This document shows positions 9,701 through 20,600 of a DNA stretch of 57,601 bases, piece by piece. Each line of letters opens with the position of its first letter. The first letter of the stretch is position 1. Source of the DNA: an uncultured virus (IMG/VR IMGVR_UViG_3300029953_000007) (taxonomy: Duplodnaviria > Heunggongvirae > Uroviricota > Caudoviricetes); IMG/VR virus record IMGVR_UViG_3300029953_000007; one strand, given 5' to 3'. The notes below the pieces were generated by a model that did not search any database, had not been told where the DNA came from, and was given only the letters and a program-made list of their open reading frames with translations. A program made the translations under genes and the position numbers.

Positions 9701-11635
9701 AACTAATTCAGGTAATTTCTTAACTCTATTTGTTAAGAATTGTTGGTCATCAAATAACTTCTCATTATTAATAGTATTCTTTGGATCTAATTTAGCTATT
9801 AACTTTTCTACTTTTGTAAGTTCAGCTTTAGTATCATTAAGTTGTTTTGTATAATCAGTATTATGATCAAAATATGAGCGATCTAACTCTCGTACCCCTT
9901 TAATAAGTGAGTATGGAAATGAAATTGTGTTATATCCACTACTAGAATCTGATTTACCTTTAATAGGTATAGGTCTAAATTCATCATTTATTTTTAGAGT
10001 AGTTTTAGCTACAGTAATATGTTGACTATTAATATTAGGATATATAACAGGAAAGGCTTGTGTTCGCTCTTCTACAATATAACCCTCTTTTGTCTTTTGT
10101 ATTTTACCATTTTCATCACGTATAATTGGAACTGGTGGGGCAAGTTTATCACCTTTCATTACAGGTACTAATTTTGGTTTACCATCTTTCCCAACTATTT
10201 CTTTCATAACACCACCTACTTCTTGATAGTAACCTGGTATTTTAACTCCATTTACTTGAGTGGCTTTAACATAATTAACCCAAGGAATAATAATAACATC
10301 ATCAGGACGTAAAATATCTAGACGAGCTGGTTTAGGATCACTCTCTGTTCCTTTAAAGTAACTATCTCGTTTAAAAGAGTTATCGCCCCATTTCTCATTA
10401 AATCGTTGATTTGCATAGAAAGCTTTTCTATTATTACCATACTTAGTATCAGTTTGATCATTAGGTGACATATTTTCTTCGTCATCGATTGGGGTTGAAC
10501 CACCTATATAGAAGATATTACGATCGTCTTGTATAGCTTCATTAGCAGCTACAGTATCTAATAGTTCTTTAGAGCCTATTATAGGTATCTTAGCACTAAT
10601 AATATTTATGAAATCACGTAATAGTGTTGGCTTCGTAATGCCTGGAACTACACCATTTTTATCTTTGTTTAGTAGATTAGTAAAAGAATCAAATAGAGAC
10701 ACATTACCATCTTCACTTGGAATATCTGTTAATAAGTTTTGTAAAGTACCATCGTTAAATATAGATGCTATAAACTCATGTTTACCTTCATCATTCTTTT
10801 TCTCACCATATTTCTTAGTTAATTCTGGTTTCTCTTGTATTGCCTTATCATAAATATTATCAATCTGTTTTTTAAAAATAGAATTAGAACGGTAAAGTTC
10901 TGAATATACAGCATGTAATAACTCATGAATAAGTACATCTTGTACTTGTGCTTTAGCAGTCTTTGTTATATTTTCTTGGTTAATAGTTAAAACTTTACTA
11001 GGAACTCCTTTAATTATATGTGTAGGTATAGGAGGTAATACAATTTGTACTATGTTATCAGGACTTATATAAGCACCACCAACTTTAGTAAATTTAGGAT
11101 CATTATTCCATTCAGATGCATAAGCTATAGACATTTTAACTGACTCCATTCCTGGAAGTTTTAATAAATCATTAAATAATTGTACTTTATCACCAACTTT
11201 ACTAAATACTAGGTTTTTTATTTGATCAGGACTATATGGAGAACTTTTATAACTATCTTGTGGATCAATCATAAAATTACCATGTGTAAGTTTCTCTTTA
11301 GGATCTAAAGAGGAAGCATAAGTTATTAGTTCTTTTAATCTTTCGGGATCTTTCTCAAGTTGAATAGCTTTAAGAATAGTTAAAAACTTATCTTTTGTGT
11401 CATTAATTAAACTTTGATAATACTCTTTACCAGCATTAATAAGATTAGCATCATTACTTTTTAAAATATCATCAAGAGTAATATTACTCTTAAGATCACT
11501 ATATAACTCTCTTAACTTATCAGCTGGCATTGTTTTAGCAAGTACATTGAAATCTTCTTGACTAATATTAGCTCCTGGATCTAATTGTATTTCTTTATCA
11601 CCAATTTTAATAGTAATTATACAGTTACTTTTCAT
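6758..11635 (-). CDS. Giant virion cargo protein (1625 aa) with two zincin-like HExxH metallopeptidase motifs
   Basis: LIHELLHA with downstream HEFIASIF (near 10913-10927) and IHEYAHLF with downstream EEAFV (near 7232-7246); lies next to the RNA polymerase gene. Confidence 0.78.
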   Translation of the reverse strand: MKSNCIITIKIGDKEIQLDPGANISQEDFNVLAKTMPADKLRELYSDLKSNITLDDILKSNDANLINAGKEYYQSLINDTKDKFLTILKAIQLEKDPERLKELITYASSLDPKEKLTHGNFMIDPQDSYKSSPYSPDQIKNLVFSKVGDKVQLFNDLLKLPGMESVKMSIAYASEWNNDPKFTKVGGAYISPDNIVQIVLPPIPTHIIKGVPSKVLTINQENITKTAKAQVQDVLIHELLHAVYSELYRSNSIFKKQIDNIYDKAIQEKPELTKKYGEKKNDEGKHEFIASIFNDGTLQNLLTDIPSEDGNVSLFDSFTNLLNKDKNGVVPGITKPTLLRDFINIISAKIPIIGSKELLDTVAANEAIQDDRNIFYIGGSTPIDDEENMSPNDQTDTKYGNNRKAFYANQRFNEKWGDNSFKRDSYFKGTESDPKPARLDILRPDDVIIIPWVNYVKATQVNGVKIPGYYQEVGGVMKEIVGKDGKPKLVPVMKGDKLAPPVPIIRDENGKIQKTKEGYIVEERTQAFPVIYPNINSQHITVAKTTLKINDEFRPIPIKGKSDSSSGYNTISFPYSLIKGVRELDRSYFDHNTDYTKQLNDTKAELTKVEKLIAKLDPKNTINNEKLFDDQQFLTNRVKKLPELVQKAADIKAQIKDLYKTYIFEHNEGGKTYMNVAKHEYIGYRPNVDVTNHEFRDSPAFKLWKHPTLKTIDGKPQWYVAPNTNIFDVFWDGDVAKDYARHSEQLSNAISAGDLVRSKGDAEFPIAGTDIMQKVKLNRWYTVVKRVANGIQVATQEGQGMIIPFNMVNAYAKNKRTNDYQSMLSDYKQQVIDFNDDAFININGKTTYSSEIKGKKLINPPIQRTNSDGQPIETEEESSVRFDNNLNLIKSRIQPGESFVRISKRYTNDSGKTVTYPLNGLVLAKTDDALIVFTAEDLRSSTHDPVTIIQTIKYDSRLTPESGLEITHVMENTAHARRAYEEFAAERGKYETNKQTANFEAKEGGGYTMLNDPRDNPHNIRQQYDFYEATTDDGRIDGKMLKRLGESGGIIDIKDPRFNMIGNNGTRIPIYRKVMRVLDDGTVVIASRANKDIQVNDNFTRKAGDYFASYVRPENIARIGLNIGKLSKDPKTQEIHSDMNEELLNRRKWLFERTKADRDFNNFTFAKTMQDVKGLNSKPINLEQNYWRFIPLTNIILDPLTKEQMNENEKEGRDRNYDPRPTKFLDKNFNEVEPDKAAYVKATMHKNSEDLYYVHRGVMTKSTFINPRLAIVDTQFGKRFRPELIKALKPGDWVQYRTSSGAPFDAVIERTEGGNIYTLNTDMTTSQVTPSKVTAIRMSYRNDIPSGFKRSRDLETLLKQKAQIDDANSSIKQSRDNNGTQSKDTPFSLDAQYKSPKSSIRALRTIGNRLQELNPEVQLNYVDNQDLQELQKTTNYDYSNSRAFVLKGQVYINTDKASISDQIHEYAHLFLNSLKYENPKLYSAIVGVTKNHSLFDNIAIDYSHLEGDDLNEEAFVTILGEYLHGKLLSKDQQNMDSNQDLLLGFAQYTKDKLTQALNKEVTSIYDIDAKEILTLPWEDVINLVGDHVMNNKITDVYDQYPISDTKDVNLLKNELRDKGYLTQQC

Positions 11636-11648
11636 AATTTTCGTATAA

Positions 11649-11672
11649 AGGAGAGAGTTTAAACTCTCTCCT
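11649..11672. terminator. Perfect 24-bp palindrome between the RNAP and zincin genes; possible weak terminator or processing hairpin
   Basis: AGGAGAGAGTTT/AAACTCTCTCCT, followed by only a short T-run on the minus strand. Confidence 0.6.
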
Positions 11673-11676
11673 ATTG

Positions 11677-14600
11677 TTAGCAGTCATAATTTTTGTCTTT
11701 ATCAAACTTTTCAGTGACACCATTATGTGTTATTTGTATATCTGTAGTATCACTAAGTCGTGACAAGAAATTGTGTATATTATCAGTAGCGAGTTTCCAA
11801 TAGTTAAATGCTTCATTTTGATCAGGTCTTAATTCAACTGATTTTTTAACAAATGGATTATAATTAAGACTATTAGATAATTCAAAATTTCCATCTTTTA
11901 ATGGCATAGTAGTCGTAGATTCATTTATATTTTCCTCTTGAGATTGTCCATTAACTCTAATTACAACTCTTGTACCAGGAACTTCTAGTTGTTTCCACCT
12001 ATCAATATACATATAGTTACGTGGTATCTTAGCAGCTTCTTCAGTATTATCATCGTTATTGTCGTCACCATTATTATCGTTATAATCATATGAATGATTA
12101 TCTAAATTAACACCACCATCTACATTACCTGTTTCTTCATTACTATAGTCTTCAGGTTGTTCATTATAAAAGTCATCAAAATCATCACGTCTTGCTAAAG
12201 GTAATCTATGAGTAGTTCCAACTTCAAAATAATAAGCAAGATTCCGTAAATCGAATGGGATACCTGCAATACTTAATTTATAAAAGTTTTCACTTTCTGT
12301 ACCTACTGTATCAGCTTCATTAACGAAAAACTTTTGTGGAGTACCTAAATTAAGTTCTACATCACTAGACTTTCCTATTTTACCTTTAAGTTCAAATAAA
12401 CGAGAATAGACATTTGGATCTTTATTATCAGCCCACATAACATCACCTAGTAACTTCGCATAACTATTTTTAGTTATATTATTCTTATTAAGTATTAGAT
12501 TATACCAAAAGAGAGCGTTAAAGATATTATTACCATTTAAATCTGTATATTTATTATCATATACTTCTTTAAGACCTGATACATAAGCATCACGAAAAGG
12601 ACCTTGTTCTACATTTGTTTTCACATTTGTAGTATCCATTTGAAGTTTCATAAAATCAACTTTATTAAATAATAAAGAATCTTGTTTATTATCAAGTCGT
12701 AAGTCTTGTGTAAAAGGATTACCCTTAAGTATTGAATTCTCCTGTATATTACGTAAGAAGTCAGTTTGCATCCAGTTTATAAACTCTTTACGACCTTCTT
12801 TAGTAGTTAAAGTAACATCACGACCTTTTATATAGAAGATAGGTTTTTCATCATTATTACTTGAGTTATTATCTTCTGATTTGAGAAAAGTATGTATAAT
12901 ATTAGCTTCAACAAATTTCTCAACTTCATTAAAATCCTGTTCTTTAATATTACTTGTAGGCCCTATATAACCCATATCACGTAACTTATCAACAAAATGA
13001 TACATACTATCAATTCTATACGAAGATTCACGTAATATAGTATTAGCAGAGTTAAATGCACTTAATTGTTTAGCGTAATGTTCATTAGTTGCTAAAATAT
13101 TTAAAGGATTAAAGTTAAGACCTAAAGCTCTAAATAAAGGTGACGTCTGATTAATATGATTTTGATGATATGAACCATTATTAGCTAAACTGTCTAAAAA
13201 GTCCTTAAAGTTAAAGGTAGGTTGATACTTATTAGTAATATACATACCATTAATTTTATCTTGTAAACGATTAGCGAAGTTATATAAGTCCCAACTATTA
13301 GTTTTTATACCTTGATTGATACTTAGATAACCAGCAAGTAGTGTAGCAGTTTGTGCAGGTTTAAAGAATAATTCTTTAAATCTATTAATTTCCTCAATAT
13401 CATAGATGTTACCTGTATTTAAATCTGTAATAAAACCTCTATTTAAACGTAATTTATAATTAGTTTCAAGAGCGTTTATAGCAATAGGTTTTAATCTTAA
13501 TAAAGCTTCTGATTTACCATCATACATTGCTTGTTCAACTTTATTAAGAAGATCACTTATCCTATTTTCAGTTGTATTTTTATCATAGATGTTACTACTT
13601 GCATTACGAATTAACATATCAGTAAGTGGTGATACCATATTATCAACTGACTCTTCAAATGACTTACTTAAAAGAGCTCTTGAAGGATAAATAGTCATAA
13701 CTGCTGGTGTAGCGTTTAATTTACCTAAATCAAGTTCTTTAGCATTATCTGTTGCAGAAGATAAAAGTTGAGAATAAAAATCAGCAGAGTCAACATCAAA
13801 AGATGATGCTATCTTAGCATGACTAAGTCTCTTATCTGCCTCAAACTTATCTGTATCGTAATTATAATGTAAAGTAACAATAGGACTATCTTCATTCTCA
13901 AACTTTTCACTAAAGATATGATAATTTACATTAGGTAAAGTTATATAAGGACCACCTATATTATTTATTTTAACATTAATCTCATGTTTTATATCTTCAA
14001 TCCTTTGTCGTAATATTTGAATAGCAGTTTCTAATTGCTCTTTCTTATGCGGACCTATGTAAAGATCATCAACACTATGAATAGCGTTAAGATGATAGTT
14101 ATAGTTCTCTAACTTACCTTCATAAGCTTTCTGTTTATCAAATAAATTACTCACTTCTCGAAGAGCACTATTAGTTGAGTATTGAATAGCAGATAAGTTC
14201 TTCATTTGAGAAGCCATTACACTAATACCAGTCTTACCAACCATATTATTATACCTTGCTCTTGCAATTGCAGCTGGATTTTCTTTACGATCGTTATTAG
14301 CAATTTCTGCTTTATTAGTTCTACTTGAAAATTGTTTTATAGTATCAGTACTAACACCATTAGCTAAATATAAGAAGTTAGAAGGATTCTCAATAACTTG
14401 ATTCGTAGTTGATACTGCAAAATTCTTAACACCATTTAAAGCTGTTGGAGCTTGTTCATATTCTAATAACTTCTGTACTATTGCTTGATGTTTCTCTCCA
14501 TCTAATCTATAATCTTTATCAAGTAGGGAGTATATACCGTTTAATACGTAAGGATTATTAAGATCTAAATGTGATCCAGACTCATCTCCACCAAACTTAA

Positions 14601-17600
14601 TTAACTTAGATGGATCTACAATATCACCAGTTGGAGTAGTTTCAGCCGTAAAGTCACTTATAGTCCTTTTAGAAGGAATTGGTAATTTTAAGCTCTCTAG
14701 TAAAGATTCTTTACTACTATAATCAAATGCTGGATGCCAACCTGTTAGAATGCCATTATTATCAATTGAGTGATATATAACGTTCTGTTTGTCGATGTCA
14801 AACGAATTGTTGCGTTGTAATCGTTTCCATTACAACTCTCATACTTTCATATGAGGCCGGACTATATCATCATTCTTACGAATGCCTTGCACTTCGATGT
14901 CACTTGACACCTACTCTACTCCATTACGTTAGCCTTAACGCTGTTTCGATAGTCTCTGAGGCGAAAATCCGTCTTTCAGGATAATCTGCCTGCTGATTGC
15001 CATATAATGTAGAATTTTCAAACATTCAAGCTTACTATTACTAGTTACTTTGTAGTTTCTACACCTTCATGGGTTTCCAGCATATCACAAGGTTTTAAGC
15101 GGACTTTGACTTCTTAGTTAATCCGCTCCACTCAGTTTTATAACTGAGTTTGGTACATGCATATGATTTCCTTCTGCAAAACCTACAATCTTCATACCTT
15201 GAAAGGATTGAAAGTGCTGTCCTGGAACACGTGTGCCTATCAATTTATCAAGATAAACTTGCCACGAAGTAAACATTTTCTGTGCTCTATCTTCTAAACC
15301 AATTACTGCTTTATTATATGCAGCTTGTCTATCCTTATCAAAGATTAAAATATTATAAGTATCTTTAATATTACCACTATCTGTACTAAGTAATTGACGA
15401 CCTAAACCATTATTTAAATTTTGAATTAAAGGATTATCTTGTATTTGATATTTATTATTTAAGAAGATATGAAGTTCATTATTAGTATTACTTACAGTCA
15501 TTCCTGTAGGTACTTGAAACAATCTATCACCTGAATCGTTAGTAAACCACTTAGTGCTTTTACCATTAGTGAAATAAACACCTACATTTGGATGTTCTTC
15601 TATACTAATACTATTAGGACCTTCTGAGCCAGTATGTAAGAATATCTTTCTACCACTTTGTGATATTATAACGCCATCAGCATCAGTTTTAAAATAATCA
15701 AGTGTTTTAAGTAGTCGTTTCTTAATTAAGTCTTTAGTTATTGAACCTACAGTATCACCTTCTTGAAGTAAGAAGTTTTGTCTTGCTACTATTGGAGCAA
15801 TACATTCAGCCCTTGATACTTCTACTTTAGCATTTTGTGTCTTATGAGCATTTTCAAATAGATCAGGATTCTGAAGAGATTGTGGTATATAAGATACTTG
15901 ACCATTAGGTCCAATATAACCATTACTAGCTTCATCTAAGAATTTCTGTAATCTACCAGTATAAAGTAAACCTACATTATTCAGTTTATCAAGATATTCG
16001 TGTTCTTTAGCTATTAATAACTGTTTAACTCCTTCTGCTGTTTTATCACGTTCTAATCGCTTTATTTTACCATCACGATACTTCTTACTTTGACTAAAGT
16101 TTTCATAAGAGAATTTATAAGGATCTCCTACTGGTGATTGTTGAGGTTTTATATCATCTATACTTTGCTCTTTATCATCACGTTTAATACTTGTTTTTAA
16201 TATCCCTTGTAACTCTTTAACATAATTATCAAGTACATGTGCAATCTCAGGATGCTTTAGTTTATTAGATTCGTTTAATATGTCACTAAGTGCTCTAGCT
16301 TGAGAAACTCTTGTATTAGCAAACTGATCAGTTAAAGTTTTACCTTTAGATTTATCACGTAACTCTTTGATTAGAGTAGGGTTTTGTTTAGCCCATTCAT
16401 CCCATAAAGGTTTATAACCTTTAGAATATGAATAATCTTCCTGTTCCTGTGAAGTTTTTAATGAAGGATTATAAACTATAGAATCTTTAGAAGGAGGTCT
16501 ACCTTTACCTGATCTTTTAATATCAGTTTGATATACACTTTCTATAGTTCTACCACCTACATCTTTACCATCTATTATTGTTTTAGGTTTAAACTTAGCA
16601 GTTAAAGCACTAAATCTTGCATCACCTTTAGAAGATACTTCATAATTATTATCACTACGTTGAGACCAACCAGATAACTCATTATCACTCTCCCTTATAG
16701 TACGTAATTCCTCAAGATCATTAGAAAACTGTTTATGTTTAGTTTGAAGTTCAGCAATTTTATCCTTATCACTTAATTGAATGTAAGAACTATCATCAAG
16801 TTGCTTTTTATATTCATCAACCTTACTTCTTATAAGGTCTAATGCTCTAGCTTCAGGTATTAACTGTTGTTCACTATCATCGTCATAACTAAGAGCTTGT
16901 TTAGTACCATCAGCATAATTTAATGTTACTTGTTGTCCTTTAAGATTACGAGGTTCAGTGTATTGATGTGTTTGAGCATGTTTCCTTATTTTTTCTGCAT
17001 TATCTAGAGCATTTCTATCGTCATTAAGAGATTTAATTTGATTAGGGTGATCTACTACATAATGTGTTTCACCTGGAGTATAACCTGCAGTTATTTTAGT
17101 AGGATCTTGTATATTAAGATAAGCTTCATGTACATCACCACTATCTCGTAGATCTGTAAGCTCTTTTAATGCCTTTTCAGTACTTTGTTTCTCTTGAGGA
17201 GATAGATTAGTTTTTAATTTCTCTTCATACTCATGTATTAGTTGTATGTATTGACTCTTAGTTAAATCAGGATGTTCTCCAGCAGAATAAGCTTGTGCAG
17301 ATTCTCTTGAAGAAGTAAACCATGTAGGGAGGTCATTAAACTTATCAAATTTATTAGGTGATCCATGATATACAAGTAAAGGTTTGCCTTCCTTATCAAC
17401 TACTTTAGAACCATTAAACCATTCTTTAAACTCTGGTGTGTTAGTAGGATCTATATTATGATGTTCTATCAAATGCTCATTAAGAGCTTTATAATCAGCA
17501 AATTCAGCAGGTTGAAGAACTCTTGTCTCTCCTGGTTCTAACTTAATAGTAGTGTAACCACCTTCATCAGTCTTAACTGGCATATAACCACCTTGTACTT

Positions 17601-20600
17601 CTCTAACTTGCATAAATTCGGAAGCTGGATGTAGAACTGCAAATAAACCATCAAACTTAGTACGAATACCTGTTTTAGTAAGATAGTTAGTTAATTCTGC
17701 AATAGCTGAATGAAAGATTTGAGGATCGTCAAAAGGCATGTCTTTACTATTAAACATATTAACAATCAAACCTTCAAGAGTAAACTCATCTTTATCATCC
17801 TTTGCTACTTTATTCTGCATTATATTATGAAAAATATCAAGTAGTTTATCTCTATTCTGTTCATACCACTTACCAGGTGTTAACTTGTTACCATTAGAGT
17901 CTTTACTACCATCTGGAGGTTGAGTATTAAGAGCTCTTACAAGTTCAGGAATATTATGTTGTTCTTGGTTTAGTATATAAGTAAGCTCTTGATCAACTAT
18001 ATTTCCAATAGCTCTATACATTTGCTGTACTTTCCCAAGACTCTTAGCGTTAAATATAAGACCATTAAGCATTTGAGTTGGTGTAGTTACAACTGTATTA
18101 TCAGTTTCGTGAAAAGCTGATAGCTGTATACCTGCATTAAAGTTAGAAACTTGATGAGTTATTAAACGAGTAACTCCTGGTATTCCTGGATCTTCTTTAC
18201 CCTGTAAGAAGTCAGAACGCTTTTTCAAGTGAACTGTTTCAATATTATTCATATTAAACTGTCCAACCTTTTGAGCTCCTGCAAATGTAATGCGATCGAT
18301 GTTCTTACCTTTAAACCTCTGATAAGGTCGTGAAAGTTGACTTTCTCCTTTATTAGCATACTCTACTAAGTCTTGAAGATTATCTTTATATTGATTTAAT
18401 ATGGTTATAAACTCTTTAGGGTCTTTAGTCTTTATATCGTGTTGTCCTATTTCTAAAGCTAATTGACTCTCGTTAATAGGTTGTTTAGTATATTTATCAA
18501 TAAGATTAATATGTGAACTAACTAATCCGTTATCATTAAACAGTTGTTTATAAGCTTGATAGCCACGTTTTACATTATCATTACCACTGACATAACTTTC
18601 TGGTATTATAGTTTCACCTTTATTACCGATATAACTTTCATATTCAAGTAACTTTTCAGCTGATTTATAATTTCCAGTAAGATAAAGTTTAGTATCACCA
18701 TCTCTATAATGAAATTGAGTTTCTAAATCTGTATGTTCTACTGAATCAATACCACCTAAGATGTGCCATAAGTCAAACATTGTATTAATTTGCATTGGCT
18801 TAGATACTGGTTTATCAGGTGCAATTGACATATTACGTGTCGTAACTATATACTTAGACTTACCATCAATATCTTTAGCTAAGAATGTAATAGAATCTAA
18901 CTTATGAAGTGTGCCATATAAACCTGTCTCAAAGTCTATACCACGTTTGTAATAATAAACATCATTGTGTGTACTTAAATTAACACCATCTTTCCAAGAT
19001 TTAGTTATATCGACATTTGATATATCAGTAGCATAAAGTTGTTTATGAAGTTCCATTAAGTCTACATTTGAACCTATAGTTTGACGTATTAAGTCATTAG
19101 TCATGGTAAAGTCAGCAAATTTAGTTATACCAAAATGTGCTGTTGTAGGATCATAATGAGATATGAATGGTTTATGAGTTGTACCACCATTACCATTAAA
19201 TTTACCATTAAGAGAATTCCATGTCTTAAGACATTGAGTCATGGTCTTAAGTGAAGCACCATCCCAATCAACTACTTGAGAACTATCACCAAGTATACCT
19301 TTAAACATGGAAGTCATATCATCAACAAATGCTGTACGAGTATGGTCTTCAACTCCAGTTTCAAGACCTAATGAAAAAGGACGTATAGTAGCTGTAAAAC
19401 AAACATTACGTTTAATATTAGTTAACCATGATGTATTTTCATTATTACCTTTATAGAATGATGAATCTCCTACACTTGCGTGCATTAAATTCTGTTCGAG
19501 AAGGTTATGATCCCAAAAATACTTTATAATAGCTGGGTGAATATCACTAAACTTCTTGGCTTCTATGTTACTGCTAGTAATAAACATATTAGCTTTATTA
19601 CCAAACTCACCACCTAATTTATGATAAAGTCTAGTAATTGTTTCTCTAGCTAATGGATCAAAAGTAAATCCAATCTCACGTAAGTCATTCGCAAAGTTAA
19701 CTAACTGTTTATTATATTTTACTTTAAAACTTTCAGATGTTTTATTAGGATTACCTTCATAGTGAGAGATGTTATCTATTAATTCACCTTTAATTTCAAG
19801 TCTAGTTTTAGGGCCAAAACTCTTTGTGTCATTTATATAATGAACCCAGTTGGTGAGTACAACTCCTGCTTTATTAGCATAAAATCTAGCTGCATTTAGA
19901 TCTTTAAGCCCATGTTCAAAGGTTCCTGTTTTCCAAAAACCATCTTTATGAAAGTCATTAAGAGCGATAAGTTGTTTACTAATACTACCTTTTGATTTTA
20001 TATTACTTTCAAATACAGAACCATGACCTGAAACACGATAAACTTGTTCCCAAGTATCAAGGATACTTTGTCCTTGTGCTCTATAATACTGTCCATTAGT
20101 CTTATATAATAAGTCCATTGACTGTTCATATGATGGAGCACGATTATTATCATCAACAAAAAGTTTAACTCTACCTTGTGAAGGTATTAAAACTTCATTG
20201 CCAAATTCAGCTAGTGGTTGATTACTCTTATCAGCAGGTACGAATAAATTAAAAGTTGGACGAATATGACCACCATCTATACCTTGTTGTAACATGCTTA
20301 AATAACCTAAGTTTATATCATAATGTAAAGTTTCAAGTGGAGTTTGACTTCCTACTGGCTTTACAGTAGCACCTACTTTAGTTGCTCCTCTAAGAGGAAA
20401 ACCTTTTAAGAAGTTAGCATCATTAAGAATAATATTATTATGTAATGGTGATTTATCAATGTCAGGTCGTATTGCAGAGTTTAATGTTCTTCTATGAGCA
20501 GTAAAATTTTGTTGTAATGCAGCAGCATATGTATAATTAGTAAATGCAGCAGATGAAGTACCATCAACTGTAGAAACAACTGATTTACGTTGGTTACCTG

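Noticed and set aside
11677..14244. 855-aa ORF as a separate gene / naturally split RNAP subunit
   Set aside because: The frame is open a further 186 codons upstream to the intron 3' splice site and begins with FDIDK; it is exon 2 of the RNAP.
14803..15120. Homing endonuclease in either intron
   Set aside because: The introns are 318 and 268 nt, fully accounted for by ribozyme helices, with no ORF; I saw no HNH, GIY-YIG or LAGLIDADG gene in the window.
16270..17445. Inteins as the explanation for the RNAP insertions, or protein trans-splicing for the terminal Cys
   Set aside because: No HINT block motifs and no His-Asn followed by Cys/Ser/Thr boundaries were seen; the Cys are at or near free termini without split-intein domains.
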